Made by a program: the position numbers and the translations under genes. DNA of 64,000 bases, from the NCBI GenBank assembly GCA_003344405.1, contig NOWV01000010.1:62001-126000 (forward strand). Direction: 5' to 3'. Shown here one piece after another: positions 13,962-27,594 of this stretch. The notes below the pieces were generated by a model, which had not been told where the DNA came from, searched no databases, and saw only the letters and a list, made by a program, of their open reading frames with translations. Source of the stretch: Trichoplax sp. H2 (lineage: Eukaryota). Within the stretch, counting starts at the first letter, position 1; each line of letters begins with the position of its first letter.

Positions 13962-16900
13962 TTATCTTGCACAAGGAAAAGGGTTCAAAAGGGATTTGCT
14001 CTCCTATTATGGAAAAAGATACGTCTTAGATAGGAATGTTGTATAAATAAATCTAAAGGTGGATTCCATTTGACTTATGCTATATATTTTATACATGAAT
14101 TAACCTTGCTAGCTTTAGGCTTGCAGAAAACATTCCAAAACCTGAGAGTTTCATCGCCAGCACCGGTCACAATAGATTCTCCTTCAGGTGAAACGGACTA
14201 ATAATGTATATAATCAATATGATAAGCAAACATGTTATCAATGGTGAACTAATTATTATTAATTGCACGAGACTTATTGACATATTGACATATTTTCGGT
14301 TTAAGGCATGATATGTTGACTAATTAATAATAGATCATACCAAGTAGAGGACGCGATATGTGTGCCCTGATAGTTCAGCTACTTTGGAGAGAGACGGGTA
14401 TTTCCAAATAACGATATGATTCTTAGAGTAGCCATGTGTACTTACCTGTAAAGCGAATTTACAGGTAGTTATATATGATTGCTGACAACTAATTACATTA
14501 GTTGCTATATAGTACATCATAAATTTTACTGCTTGAAATACTCACCAACTCGTTTGTATACTTTGACCAAGCTAAATTGCATACTTGCGAGCCGGTATCA
14601 ATGCAATTTATTGATTGGTTGGTCAAAATATTTCTAAATCTGATGCAACGATCAGCCGTTCCACCCCCCGAGGCTAAAAGACCATGCTTCAGATATTAAA
14701 AAAATTTCTGACTTAAAATTGTTATTACGAACCCAAATGTTATGGCAAATGTTAACTTTAAAAAGGTCTCGTTTTAAGGTAGTGTAGCCGAATTAATGAA
14801 TCATAAAAATTCGTTTTCCTAACTTGCGGACATACATAAATTTTCGCAAAATCTCATTGCAGAAGAGCATTTAAATTAGCAAAGACTTCAATATAGCTTG
14901 CAGTTAAAAATTCACGTACAGATGAACAACGAATGCTGATAGTTATATTTAGTAATGTAGACTCCTCGACATCCTGCTTATATCTCGAACCTGATGAGGT
15001 GACCATGCGATTGCTTTTACGGCAGCTTCATGGTCAGCGTACGTTTGGATAGGAGTCTCGGCAGACAAGTTCCATATAAATAGCTAACAGAAAATGTACT
15101 GATAATTATAATCGTATTCGTGATCGTAATATTTATTACATAAATTAAAATTTAAAACCTTATTATCATTTCCTCCAGACGCTAAATATTGTCGGTCAGA
15201 CGACCACTTTAAACCACAAACCTTCGAATAAGTGAGTTATCATTATTAGATTAACATTTAGGAAGACGGAATATTGCAAGAGATGGTGTTACTGCAAGAT
15301 GAAGTGTAGTACTGCACCTCCTGTTTATGAGCCCTTAATTTTCGTGTAATTGAACATGGCGTTCTAGATCAATCAAATAAAGTTGTAATGATTCTTGCTA
15401 GCGCTAATGCCATAAACACCTAGAGTAACCTCTTTAAAATTTGGATATTATTTATTGATATAGGAAATAAGTAGTAACCTCAGATCGCGCTGGAAGATAC
15501 ATTTATCCCGGCTACCGGAGTATAGCAAATCATTATTCCATGCGAGTGTGCCTGGAATATAAATTGAATCCCGAATTTTAGCCGAATCTATTTACAAATT
15601 CAACCAAAAGGCAATATAAATAGCATATATGCCATATTTTAGAGATCAACGGACCAACTCGTGCAGTATGGCCATCTAGAAGAGCAATAAGTCTGGAGAC
15701 AGTTACGTCCCATATATGAATGTAGCCTCGCTGAGTTCCTACGGCAATGTGATTGCCCTGTAAAGTAAAACCATGCGTGCTAGTTCAATTAGTTTAAATC
15801 ACTATTAAAAGAAATTAGTGTATACTTTTTCAGTCCAGGAAACAGACGTAACCGAATCTCCTTCACTTTGGAAATCACATAACTTAGTAACCTAAATGAA
15901 AAACATTTCATTGTAAATAACACCCCGTTAATCGAAACAATGTTTTGGGGTTAAATTCAGTTGAATTTTACATTAACAACATTAATAAAAATTGTAGAGT
16001 CGGTTACCTGCCCGTTATTTGCACTCCATAAATACACACACGTTCCGAGACCAACACTCAACACGTTTTGTGGCGACCAGTCAACTAAATTTAAATAGAA
16101 GTCATCCTGAAAGAGTAGAGGCGGAAAGTTATTGTTTGGTTTTTCCGGGTATCTTTAACTCAAAGTAACCTGCAAATCTGGTGCATCCAAAACTTTATAC
16201 GGTGCCTTCGGTATTTTTCTAGGTGGCTATATCCGTACCAAAAAAATGCAGCTTAACGACTCATTGTGAAATAGGATCATAGGCTAAACTATTGAGCGCT
16301 ATCGACCATGTAAAGATAATTTCGGTCTAACCTTAGTTGCTGAACACAGCAGACTTTGACTATATAGGTAGATAATGAGCAATACAACTTAAAATTTAAA
16401 CTTGAAGCATAAACGTAATAGGAATTGTACAGTACCTATCGATTCCCAGAGGCGACATTGCATAACCAGCAATAAGCTTTTTTGAGTCATCAAATAATTT
16501 TCTTTTAGCAGGGGATTGATACTATCATAAACAGGTTATCAGGTATGTCGCCATTATTAAATTAAAAGATTATCAAAATCTCATGTTGCCGTTAGATAAA
16601 GGTACTCACTTCGAAAAGGTTGCAACTGTTTTCTCTTAAAGTGCTGATCTCTCTCGGTGTTGTTTGCTTCGGTTAAGAGATGTTTTAATAACATATTAAA
16701 AAATAAGCCAAAGCAAACCTGCAAGTTCGCTAGTAAACCATGTTATGTCTTACCTCCGTTCTTGTTCCTAACACTTCATTCGCTATTACGCAATTGTACA
16801 TCTGATTTTCTTTACATTGAATATACGTTTAAGGAAATCCGTGAGTAGATACATGTGATTCAAGGTTTAGTGCATTAAATACGTTTCTGTTTACTATTCA

Positions 16901-17702
16901 AGAAGGCTGCCCTCGCAATAGTAACATTAAGCTTTGCTTAAGCCGAGTAAAGCGCAGAGTTACAAGAAACCACGGATCTCTAGGGACCCGTATAAAAAAC
17001 TGATATAGCATTTACATTCGCACGTTCTCTCAGGAATATTATATTATTTACGGACCGTAGTTATAAACATCATCAAAACCACAAACCTTTACTAGATTGC
17101 GCGTTGCCATCTGAGAATACTGTATTATTTCTTTTTTGGGATTCCTTTGACTGTATTTAGTTAGTAATGAAAATACCAAAGACAGATTGAAATTCCGTTA
17201 AAATTAAAATTATTTAAATTGGTAAATACACCAGTAATAGCTATGAAAAGCTGTTTATTGTTGAAGTGGATGAAGAAAGGTACAAGGTACAATTATACTG
17301 ATACTGCACATCGCATAGCATATTAAACAGACAGTGATTTCACCTGCAATAAATTAAATTTTCCGTTCCAGTCGGATGATGATCGATCAGGAATGAAGCT
17401 GGGTACCCATGGGAATCATGAGATGGTTAACAAGACAAGTTTGTTAGCATTTTTGTGAAATCTTAAGACGAAATATATATATTACAATGCATAGTATACC
17501 GATTACAACACTTTTCTTTGGAAGGCAGTGGTGACATCATCGTGTGCTCTGCTCCGACCTGAAAGGTTAATTAATCAGATAGAAGTCATTAGTAAAGATG
17601 TGCGCGTCAATGAAAATGGTAACTGAAGTTTTAGTCCAGGTTAGAGAATACCAAAGTAGAAGATGGACTATTCATCAAACGCTTATTGTAGTTGGTATTC
17701 AT
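13962..17702 (-). CDS. FZR1: Fizzy-related / Cdh1, APC/C WD40 co-activator (multi-exon)
   Basis: Start MNTNYNKRLM; RFIPDR C-box region; RKIPKAPYKVLDAPDLQ|DDFYLNLVDWSPQNVLSVGLGTCVYLWSA; ASGGGTADRCIRF; STHGYSKNHIVIWKYPSL; SPEGESIVTGAGDETLRFWNVF; last exon 14003-13962 ESKSLLNPFPCAR*. Confidence 0.95.
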
Positions 17703-19468
17703 GTCGACAGCCAGATAGCATATAATCTAGAAAAATTGAAAATCTTTTACGAATTTCATAGCGAAAATACTATATTATAATAAAGTTGCAGCAATTTCAC
17801 TGATATAACTGTCATAACAGATTTGAATTTGTGCTCTACAGGAAATCGGATTACTGGTTAAAAAGCAAACTGTAGGCTTATCTCATGTAATCTTCGATAA
17901 TTTTTATTACTGCTTTCCATGGGAGCGAGATTTGAAATTTGGACGAGAGTGTTCTGGCATTTGGTGATTATTGTCGAACGTTTGCGCGGGCACGGGCGCC
18001 ATAATTAGCACTAATGTCAGTCTCTGATACATACTATCGGACAGTACGTTAACTTTGTGGCTAGTTAATGGTGTTACATGCATTTTTATTTTAAAGTTAA
18101 AAGTATTGAAGAGTGAGTACGTCAGAGTTTAACAGTTCTTTTGAGTGGCATTAGAGTACTTGATGGTAGTTAAATCAATGAACAAGCAATTGTAAATACA
18201 AACGTATTATATAACCAGAAACAGGATAACGGGCTGATTCGTTGAGTAGTAATAATTTAAGATTATAATAGATATGTGGTGTTATAGTCGGATATGAAAA
18301 GATAATAGAATTCCGTACAGTATTTATACATCTTTTTAAGACATTAATCAATTTATTAAGTTCGATGAAGTTTCAGACAACAGTTTGTACATAATCTCAT
18401 CCGTTAATTGAGCATTATATCGAGTTAAGCTGACAGCGAGGGAATTACGAAGTGGGTCATGAAATTGCCTTGATCTAACTGCACGTATTGTTTTTAGGGG
18501 CTTGAAAGAAATCCTGATCTTCTCACAAAGTGATTTCGTTAAATATTTAATGCTTGGCCTTCACATTTGGAACTAGTACATTTGCAATATACTAAACACT
18601 GCACCGAATACCTACGATCGAAATTTTATAATTACGAGTGTACAACTGTAGTACCGTATAAGTCTTTGCAATTAATTGCGATTATAGTATAGCAATCTTT
18701 AGAAGGCTTATAATGCATAAATAAAGGAAAAGACATTACGAAATTTATTGTCCAATGAACACCATTGCAGAAAACTAAGCCAAGAATCTCAGGTTTTAAG
18801 TATTCATAGGTACAATTGAACAGGACTTATAAGGCTTTGATTAAGTTAAGAGTTCACCTGTAAAGCTGATATGGTAATTCATTACGAGTACAGTATGGAT
18901 ATTATTATTGTATTGGGGAATTTTATTATTCAAGATACGCATAAATGTTTAGTTTTGAAGGCTATCTACAGTTAGAATGGTATCTTACGCTAGCGACGTT
19001 TGGACCTTGAGAAATTTAAAAAGATGAACCCACACACTGATACAGAGTGTAACTCTGTATAGTGAAATCAAATTGATCCCACTACAACATTATTAATTAA
19101 AACATCAAGAACATACTGTGTGCACTATACGTGCAAAGCCGGTTGATTAAGTACAGTACCGTACTGAATTCAGCCGATTCATGTTAAAATAAAATATTTT
19201 AAATGCTATAAGACCGTTACTATAAAGCGCAGGATTTTAAAATAACTTAATTACCTCTACTTACGCGATGTAACCAGCGTAGACAGTGTACTTTCACAGT
19301 TTAGATGAATTGAGAAGCTGCCGAGAAATTCAATTAAACTACCCAAAGTCTGAAATAGTTTTTAATTCTGTATTTGCAGTTAAATAACAGTCAATCAAAA
19401 TTCCGCAGCTACCGCTCGGGTCTTAAAGCTTTTCAAATCTATTGCCGCGGATCTTTACTCCTCGCTAC

Positions 19469-20005
19469 AGTACCGCATACACTATAGTACAGTATACTGT
19501 ATAGTACAGTACAGTATATCGTGCCAATGTTGCCAACCTCTACTGTACCGTACTGTACGCTTCAAGATAACTTACTGTACAGTATTGTACTGTACAGTAT
19601 GCAGACGGCTGATCCTGATTTTTCTAAATTAACAGTACTGTACAGTACTGTACTGTACTGTATGTACTGTACAATAGTACATTGAATCTTATTATTGGTT
19701 ACTAAAGCTCTTCTTAGAAACAGCTATATAAGATCGTCAATGTTATTCAAAATAGTACTAGTAGTAGAAAACCGAGTCAGAAGATCCATACTAAGCAGTC
19801 ATTTTCGATATTGACGGTTTCGTTTGGTGAAAGAAGTCCGTCCGTCTACAGTATATTAGAGACCTTTACTAAATCTACAGTACTGTACGGTACTGTACAG
19901 TACAATATACTGTACATGTACAGTATACAGTATTGTACAGTACAGTACATTATGATAGTACTACGGTACAGTGTACAGTACAGTACAGTACAGTACAGTA
20001 TACCA
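19469..20005. repeat. TACAG/CTGTA arrays in the divergent FZR1 / receptor-PTP intergenic region
   Basis: Two blocks (~19469-19680 and ~19875-20005) of tacagtac repeats, followed by an AAT microsatellite at ~20010-20045. Confidence 0.9.
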
Positions 20006-20102
20006 TAGCAGTAATAATAAAGTAATAATAATAATAATAATAATTAATTATAATGTAATTTTATGCACGCACTATATCTTTATATCCTCCACTTCGGCGA
20101 AG

Positions 20103-23100
20103 ATGTCAAGGATTTTAAATATTGGCTTTGGTTTAGCCTTTATTGTAATCGTGTCCATTACAGGTTTGTTAATAATTATTATCGCTAATATGGCTGAGAT
20201 GGAATCGTAGACGTCTAGCTATTCATATTTCGGTGTGGATTTCATTTGATAAATAACCAGTTTAAACCGGCAAATGTGCAGGAGTGCAGGTGTTTTTTTT
20301 TAGCTATGACTGAACCTGCAAATGCTGAAGATATCGTCTTTTCAGTTTCTTAAAACTTACTTAATTAAAAATCCAGGCTAAAAGGCTTAGTCAACGTTCG
20401 AATATGCAACACTGGTGTTGATTAACACCGTAGCTCGGAGACGCTTATTACGACATTGAGTAATATGGTAGACGTAGTCGTTGATTAGTGGGATAAGACA
20501 TTTTGTTTTGATAGTTAATTGAACTTACGCATACTGTAAACGAATTTGCACATAATATTAGTATCAATAATAACGCCATATAGTGAAATGCAAGAAAAAG
20601 TCGTGGCTGTATTATTGACAATGAATATCGGTATACAGAATGAAACATTTTACGGGAAGTTGATCTAATTTTACTACCTATAGCTAATAACAGCCTGTAC
20701 ACGAGCCGTCCAGTAAATGAAGGATACAGCACTGTAGTAGCACTGTTCATGATTTCTGGACTTTAAACATTACAGTCTATTTATGCCTGTAGGCAAGTTA
20801 TTTTGTGCGCTTATACTCTTCGGATGATCGCCTATCGTCGTAAGCTACTAATTTTGAATCTCTGAACGCTGCACTTCTGCAAGTACGATCTTACTGTGCC
20901 GACAGATTCATGTTGATCCTTGTGCTGTACTAGTAGCTAGTTGTCAAATGACTATACCGATTAATTTTGATGATAGTTTTTCAATCTGCGGGCAAGCACT
21001 GTACCGTACCGGGGACAACGAGTGAAATACGTGGAGACGCGGAGTAGTGTTTGAGTAGATTATGTAGTTATGAATGACTGGATGAGTGGTCTGTACTGTA
21101 AGTAAGGTAGTACTGTACAGTATGTGCTCTTAATATAACTGCAAATGGAGTAGCGCCATAATTTACGTAATTTTACGTATCAAGTAAAGCACAATATTTA
21201 TCCATCCCCTACGACTTACTGCTGATAGGTTCAAGTCATTGACTACCAAAAAAGACCTTTTTCTAGCAGTCCTGGTTAATCCTGCTGTCCCACTGGTAAT
21301 TGTGGTGTAATTATTGTAAAGTAGATTCTTCTTATCCTGGACAAACTGCGAGCTATATTATACGTGTATGTTCCTTATATCAGCATTAACAGTAAATTAA
21401 TCATGAAGTTTTCTGTACTGTAGTATTCATACTAAAGTATAATGTAACGCTATCCTTCGCACAGTAGGCGACGGTGCTGCTTCTAGTTGATCCCAATATA
21501 TTTCATAACGTATGTTATATCGCACGGGGTTAGACCAGCGCTGGTGAATTGCTTTGCGTTGAATAATGTCGAAGAACGTTGATTTTCCCTTGATACTCTT
21601 TGAATTTATATGTTCTGTAGCTGCATCATATCTTCAATTAACCTAAATATAAATTTGCAGAACTGTATTAGTCCTTTTTTGCGCTTGGATGCAGCAGATA
21701 ATATTTCCGAAGTAAATAATACGCGATCTGGAAAATCAGTTATGATCTTACTGACAACTAATATCCCTTTTGGTTTTATTATAATTATTCATCAGGACAT
21801 TGTACAAGAGGTCTCTCTTTGTATTGTTCTTATCGCCTGCCGATGGGCTTTGATGAGGATGACTTTTACTCTATTAGATGCTGGACTAACAATGATAATA
21901 CAAAGTTTACTTGGTCTAGAGTTTCATCTCGTGTATCGCCTTTTCATGTCAGCACGGATCAGTATCAGATACAGAATAAGTCCGGTGAATCAACATTAAT
22001 CTTGCCGTGGAATTCTCTAAACGATTTTTATCGTTACGCTGGTGTATATGAATGCCAAGCAACAAGCACAGCCAGTAATTCTCCCCAAAGGAAGACTTTA
22101 TGGGTTGGAGTTACTCATTCTGCATGTAAGGGTATATTTAATTTCGACCTTTTAATTAATGCATTAACGATTTCAGTTGTGATATATTTAGATCTTAGAA
22201 GCCGTTAACACCTCTGTTTTTAATTATTTATTTAGCTCCTGTACAGCCATCAATTATTTCACAAGTTGGCTATGTTCGCGATACCTTAGTGTTAACCACG
22301 TTATCGAATAATGTCGTAACTTGTAATTATATATGGTACCACAACGGCTCACGTTATACCCGATGTGACAATGCTTGCAACTGTAGTTTTGATAGCTTGA
22401 GATTACAAGATGCCGGAGTTTATGAAGTGATTTATCCGGCATCTGACAAATCTAATATTACTGGTGCTTTTATGACATTAACTGTTTTAGGTAAGTTACG
22501 CGTACAGTACATCGGAAATATATACCTTGGAATCTCTGCTCTTCTGGTATTAGTTTATTTTATTCTTTACAGAGAAAAAATGTAGCCAAAATCAAAACTG
22601 CCTCAACGGAGCCATCTGCATGACAGACAATAGTTGCGGTTGCCTTCCAGGCTTCAATGGTACTTCGTGCCAGACAGGTTAACTGTAAATCTACAAATGT
22701 CATTCATTCTGTTATCACATGGTTAAATTGCAACTAGATACGCTTAAAGCTTATCATTAAAGGACAATCTCTATTATTATTAGCTTGCAGTCTTCCGTTT
22801 CGTTGTGGGCCTGCATGCCAATTTGCTTGTCAGCCAGAAAGTGTGTACTGCAGTTCCGATATGTATGGGTGTATGTGTCCATCTGGAGTAACTGGCATTA
22901 GCTGTAAAACTGGTAGGTTTGAGGTTTTTTGAAACTGCCTGTAGAGAAACAGGCGGTATTAAATAAATTATGTAATACTCATTTCCTGTCGTAAGAATGA
23001 AGGTTATATTTTAATATTAGATTCGTGTCCTGCTGACAACTATGGACCAAATTGTCAACTGAAATGTAATGGGTGTAATAATCATGGAAGCTGTCAGTCA

Positions 23101-26100
23101 AAGACGGGTTGTTTGTGCCAGTCTGGATACTCTGGAATCTACTGTGAAGAAGGTTATTATTATTTTCTGTGTTAATAAAAAAATTACTGCTGCGAAGACT
23201 GTTTCTTCGATTTCTAAATCCTAATTAATTTAAACAGTTGCAGGCGGTTCCGTAGTTGTTATAATTGGTGTCGTTGTCGCAATTATTGCTGCTGTTAGTT
23301 TAGGAGTGATTGCTTACATTTGGTACAGGTATCAAACGTAGTAGATTACAATACTGAAATTGTTTATCAACTGTTTCCAGAAACCAAATTAATGCTAATT
23401 TATTTTGCAGCCGTCGCCGCGCTAGAGCTTTAGCTAATATCAAATCACCAGATCCTGTCGTCATTGTTGATGCATCTGGTGATAATCCATCGTCCTTAGA
23501 TACTAATTTAATCCGGTCACGATTAGGACAGTATAAATACGTAGTATCCAAAGGTAACTGTTACACGGAGAAAAGTTGCATAATTTGGTCGATACGGCTT
23601 ACAGTAATACCTCTATGTCGCTTGTACATTTTAGCGCAAAAGGCATCATTGGTTCAAAATATTAAGATCCCGACTAAACCTATAATTGTTAAGGACCTGC
23701 TTGATCGTATTAACGCTTTGAAGGAAGATTCGGCTCTTGCTTTAAAGGAATTTGAGGTGAGTAAATTTGGAACGGTTGCTTTGATATAAAGTGGCATGAC
23801 TGCATTCATTCTCCTTGCTCCTATAGTCCATCCCTCCTTGTAAAGAGACCCATGCTATTGCAGACATGAAAGGGAACGCGAAAAAGAATCGTTCTCAAAG
23901 TGTTATTAGTTGTACGTTTATTAATTATATAATATACAGTAAACGTCCAATTTTTTATTTACGATATCGGTGATCCTATTCATCAGATTAAATGATTTAT
24001 TTCCTAGATGATCATTCAATCGTCACAATCGGCGATGGAGGAGTCAATTCGTATATTAATGCTTCTCATGTTCATGTTAGTAAAGATTCCTTATAATGAT
24101 TCATAGTAGGGAACAGAAAGCTTTTTCTAATGCTTTACTGATTTAACAGGGATACATGAAACCTAATGGTTACATAGTAACTCAAGGTAATTGCAATTTA
24201 TCCTGGCCGCTAAAATTAAATTGCATATATGGCTTGAAGATAATTTCGAGTTATTAATCAGTTAATCGTAAAGATGTGTAGATTGTTAGATAATATTTCC
24301 CAGGATTAGCTAAATTTAGAACTGGCTATGAAATTAGGTCCTCTAAAGTCAACATGCAATGATTTCTGGACCATGGTTTGGGAAAAGGAAACCTGTGCAA
24401 TAGTGATGCTCACAGAGTTATCTGAGAAGGACGAGGTTAATTATTCAAAAGGATTTGATTCTTAGGTTTATAAATTTAGGCCAAATTTGCCTTACGTGTA
24501 CCTGTTAAATTTTTTCAGCAATTATGTTACAAGTACTGGCCAGAAGAAAAGGATACTTATGGTAATGTATGTGTCACTCTAGAGAACGTAAGCAAGAGGA
24601 GCTGTTATACAGTCAGAACTTTTCATTTGCAAAAGGTAGTGTATAACCTTTAATACTGTTACGTGACATAAACTTTCTCTAAATTAGTATTTGCTCCAAA
24701 ACTATGCAGGTTGGAGAAGTAGAAAAGCAAGAAGTGAAACAGTTTCACTTCACTGCTTGGCCCCACGGTGGTATACCTGAATCCAGTACAGGGCTTTTTA
24801 GATTTAGGTCACTGGTACATGCTTTTAACCCCTCCGATGCTGGTCCTATCGTTATTCATAGCAGGTATGGCATATTACCTATACGCCTTTTGATCTTATC
24901 TTAAGAATGGTGATTTTCATTTATAGTGAAGGAAGTAGTCGTTGTGCTATGTTTGTTGCACTCGATATCAATCTTGACCGCGCCCGCAAGCAAGGTGATA
25001 TTGATGTTTTAGAAAACGTTGGTTTGATGTCGCATCATCGAAAAAACATTTTAGTCCGTGTTGTAAGTGACGTTGTTCTTCATAGATAGCTTTGTCTGAA
25101 CACCACCATGATCATTTGTATTTAAGGCCAGTAAGAATTTTTGTTTCTGTATTGATCTTTCATTTCAGAATGAATACTTATTTGTATACGAAGCAATACT
25201 TGATGCTCTAATACGAGGCAATACGCAAATGTCGCTTAAGAATTTGCAAACCTTCGTAAGCCGGGCAGATACATCCGAATCGGGCTCCAAAAACAATCCT
25301 TATACCATCATGTTTCAGGTAACATACTAAATGAATTAGATTAGTATCGAGATTGCTATTAGTATATGCGAAATCAGCCGATGAATATTTAAGCTACGTT
25401 TCGTTTTGGTAAAGTGCTTACGATGTCAGGAGGGAGAACATGATGATTTCGCTGGAGCTTCGTTATCTGCAAATGAAAACAAAAATCGTTTTCCTGATAT
25501 CTTAGCTAGTAAAGTCCTTAAGTCTAATATTCTAAAATAGGCAGTTTTCATTTATATTTATCGTTGTATGAAAGTGTATCAGCGTTAATAATTATATATT
25601 TTATGACTCAGGGGATAAATATAGGGTTAAACTTTCAAGCAGTGACAGCTCAGACTATATAAATGCTGTATTTATTGACGTAAGTTTTGTGATGATGCTG
25701 TACTATGCAACATTTATTATGCTGCTAGTTGATGTGATGTAATATTAGCAAAACACTTATTACAGAGTTACTTAAGAGCAAGAGAATTTATTGTCACCCA
25801 ATATCCACTACCGAATACTATAAATGATTTTTGGAAATTAATCATGGAACAGAACGTTGCGTGTGTTGTTACCTTGGGATCATTTAGTAATCATCCGGTA
25901 AACTTATTTGATTTATGTTTTATTGAAAATACATGTAGATAGCTAATCATTTTTATAACATTGGTGCTTCTATAGCCTTATTGGTGGCCTTCTAATAAGA
26001 AGCACGACGTATACGATAACATTAAGGTTGAGATTTTGGAAGTAGCGACGGTAGATGACCTAACTATAAGACAATTAAAGGCAACAGAGAAGGTTTAGTA

Positions 26101-26751
26101 ATTCCATTTACCAGTGATTCGATTTATTCATGCGTTTATTCATTACGATGTTATCTGATTATCTTTTCTTAGAATCATTCTAAAACTAATATAATGAGCC
26201 AATTTCAACTCAGTGGTTGGGAAGATGAGGATAAAGCGCCAGCCCAAGCTTCTACGATTATTAATTTAGTAAATCGTGTGCAAGAATGTATAAAAACAGT
26301 TCGCGAACCAGGACCTATTGTTGTTCAATGCCTGTACGTTAATATTACAAGCACAATACATTTTTACATTAATTTGATGTTGAGCTATAGGTAATGCTGT
26401 CTTAGTTTCATTTTATTGTTTATAATTATAATTCGCGTATGTCATTAACAGTAATGGCAGAGGACAAAGTGGAACTTTCTGCACGATTTACTCTGCGTTG
26501 AATACGGCGATTGAAGAAAAGGCTGTTGATATTTATTCTGATGTCCTTTCAATGAGAGTAGCTAGACGAGGATTAGTTCAGTCAGAAGTAAGAACTTATG
26601 CTGCGTCTTTTGAAGAGCTGATTTATCAGCCGAACTATTTTCAGTTGCTGATAAATTTCCATTTTGAAATGAATTAAATTTATTTTAGGAGCAGTTACGA
26701 TTCTGTTTTGAAGTTGTCGTGAAATACACTCAAGATACTGGATTGCTGTAG
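20103..26751 (+). CDS. Receptor-type protein tyrosine phosphatase-like protein: signal peptide, 2 Ig, 3 EGF (Tie-like), TM, tandem PTP D1-D2 (both degenerate)
   Basis: Exon 1 20103-20163 (signal [21 protein letters not shown]); Ig exons ([20 protein letters not shown]); three Cys-rich EGF exons ~22573-23151; [29 protein letters not shown] motifs: [38 protein letters not shown]2 [36 protein letters not shown]. Stop TAG 26749-26751. Confidence 0.92.
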
Positions 26752-27594
26752 CGCGTTTAGGATAATAATGAAGTTTTTGATTTTATGAATAACCAGCTAT
26801 AATAGTTAAGATAACCATATCGTGTTTTATCAGTAAAATCGTCACAGAAAACATTTTTAAGTGCTGCTGCTTACGCTTAATTATTTCGTGCAAAAATTCT
26901 TGTGCAGCATATGTGTTATATAGGTAATGTCAAAGGCAGGTGTTTCGGTTAGGTTTATATATCTTCGGCGGATAACGCATCGTCCGGCGATTACGAAAAT
27001 TTAATTGGTGTTTTACTGTAGCACAGCTCTTTGCTCTTTTTTGAGTTTATTTGTGACCTACATGTATTGTGTATCACTATAATACATAGAAGAATAACTT
27101 TACTTATATCGTCGTAAGTTGAAATGTTAGCGGAAATACAGGAACAGAATTGTTTCTATATATCTCATACAATGACATTAATCTCGATGATAGTACATAA
27201 ATTTTAAATTAAGATCCAATATAAGGATTAAATATAGTAATTGATTAATTAAAATTGATGCTATGGATTGAAAACAGTCAGATAAGCCCATGCCGTTCAA
27301 GTTTATAAGTTATATTTTTTATTTCGTACTTAAAATGCCAATATCTAAAGATAAATTAATGTTGTAATTTCATATTGCCTAGTTATGCAAATATATTACA
27401 AATTCACTTATATTATCTGAATAAGTTGTGGTGTTTTTAATATACTAAATGATCATAATTATTAGCATTTTTCTATTGTCTGTAAAAATTAATTGTACTA
27501 TACAATCTATATGTATGCAACCGTTTTATTTTTGGTCAATTTTTAAAGTTAATTTTTGGTAATTGAATCAACGATTTTTCGTGAACTTCGGAAA

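Noticed and set aside
17850-18002. Upstream minus-strand ATGs (18002, 17920) and TTTGAA/E2F-like words 5' of FZR1
   Set aside because: Both frames stop quickly; the ATG at 17702 matches the family N-terminus better; the motifs are short or imperfect.
19811-20008. ORFs rich in TVQYS/TVLYC (also at 40288, 40373, 47230, 56065, 62628)
   Set aside because: Translations of the TACAG arrays, not proteins.
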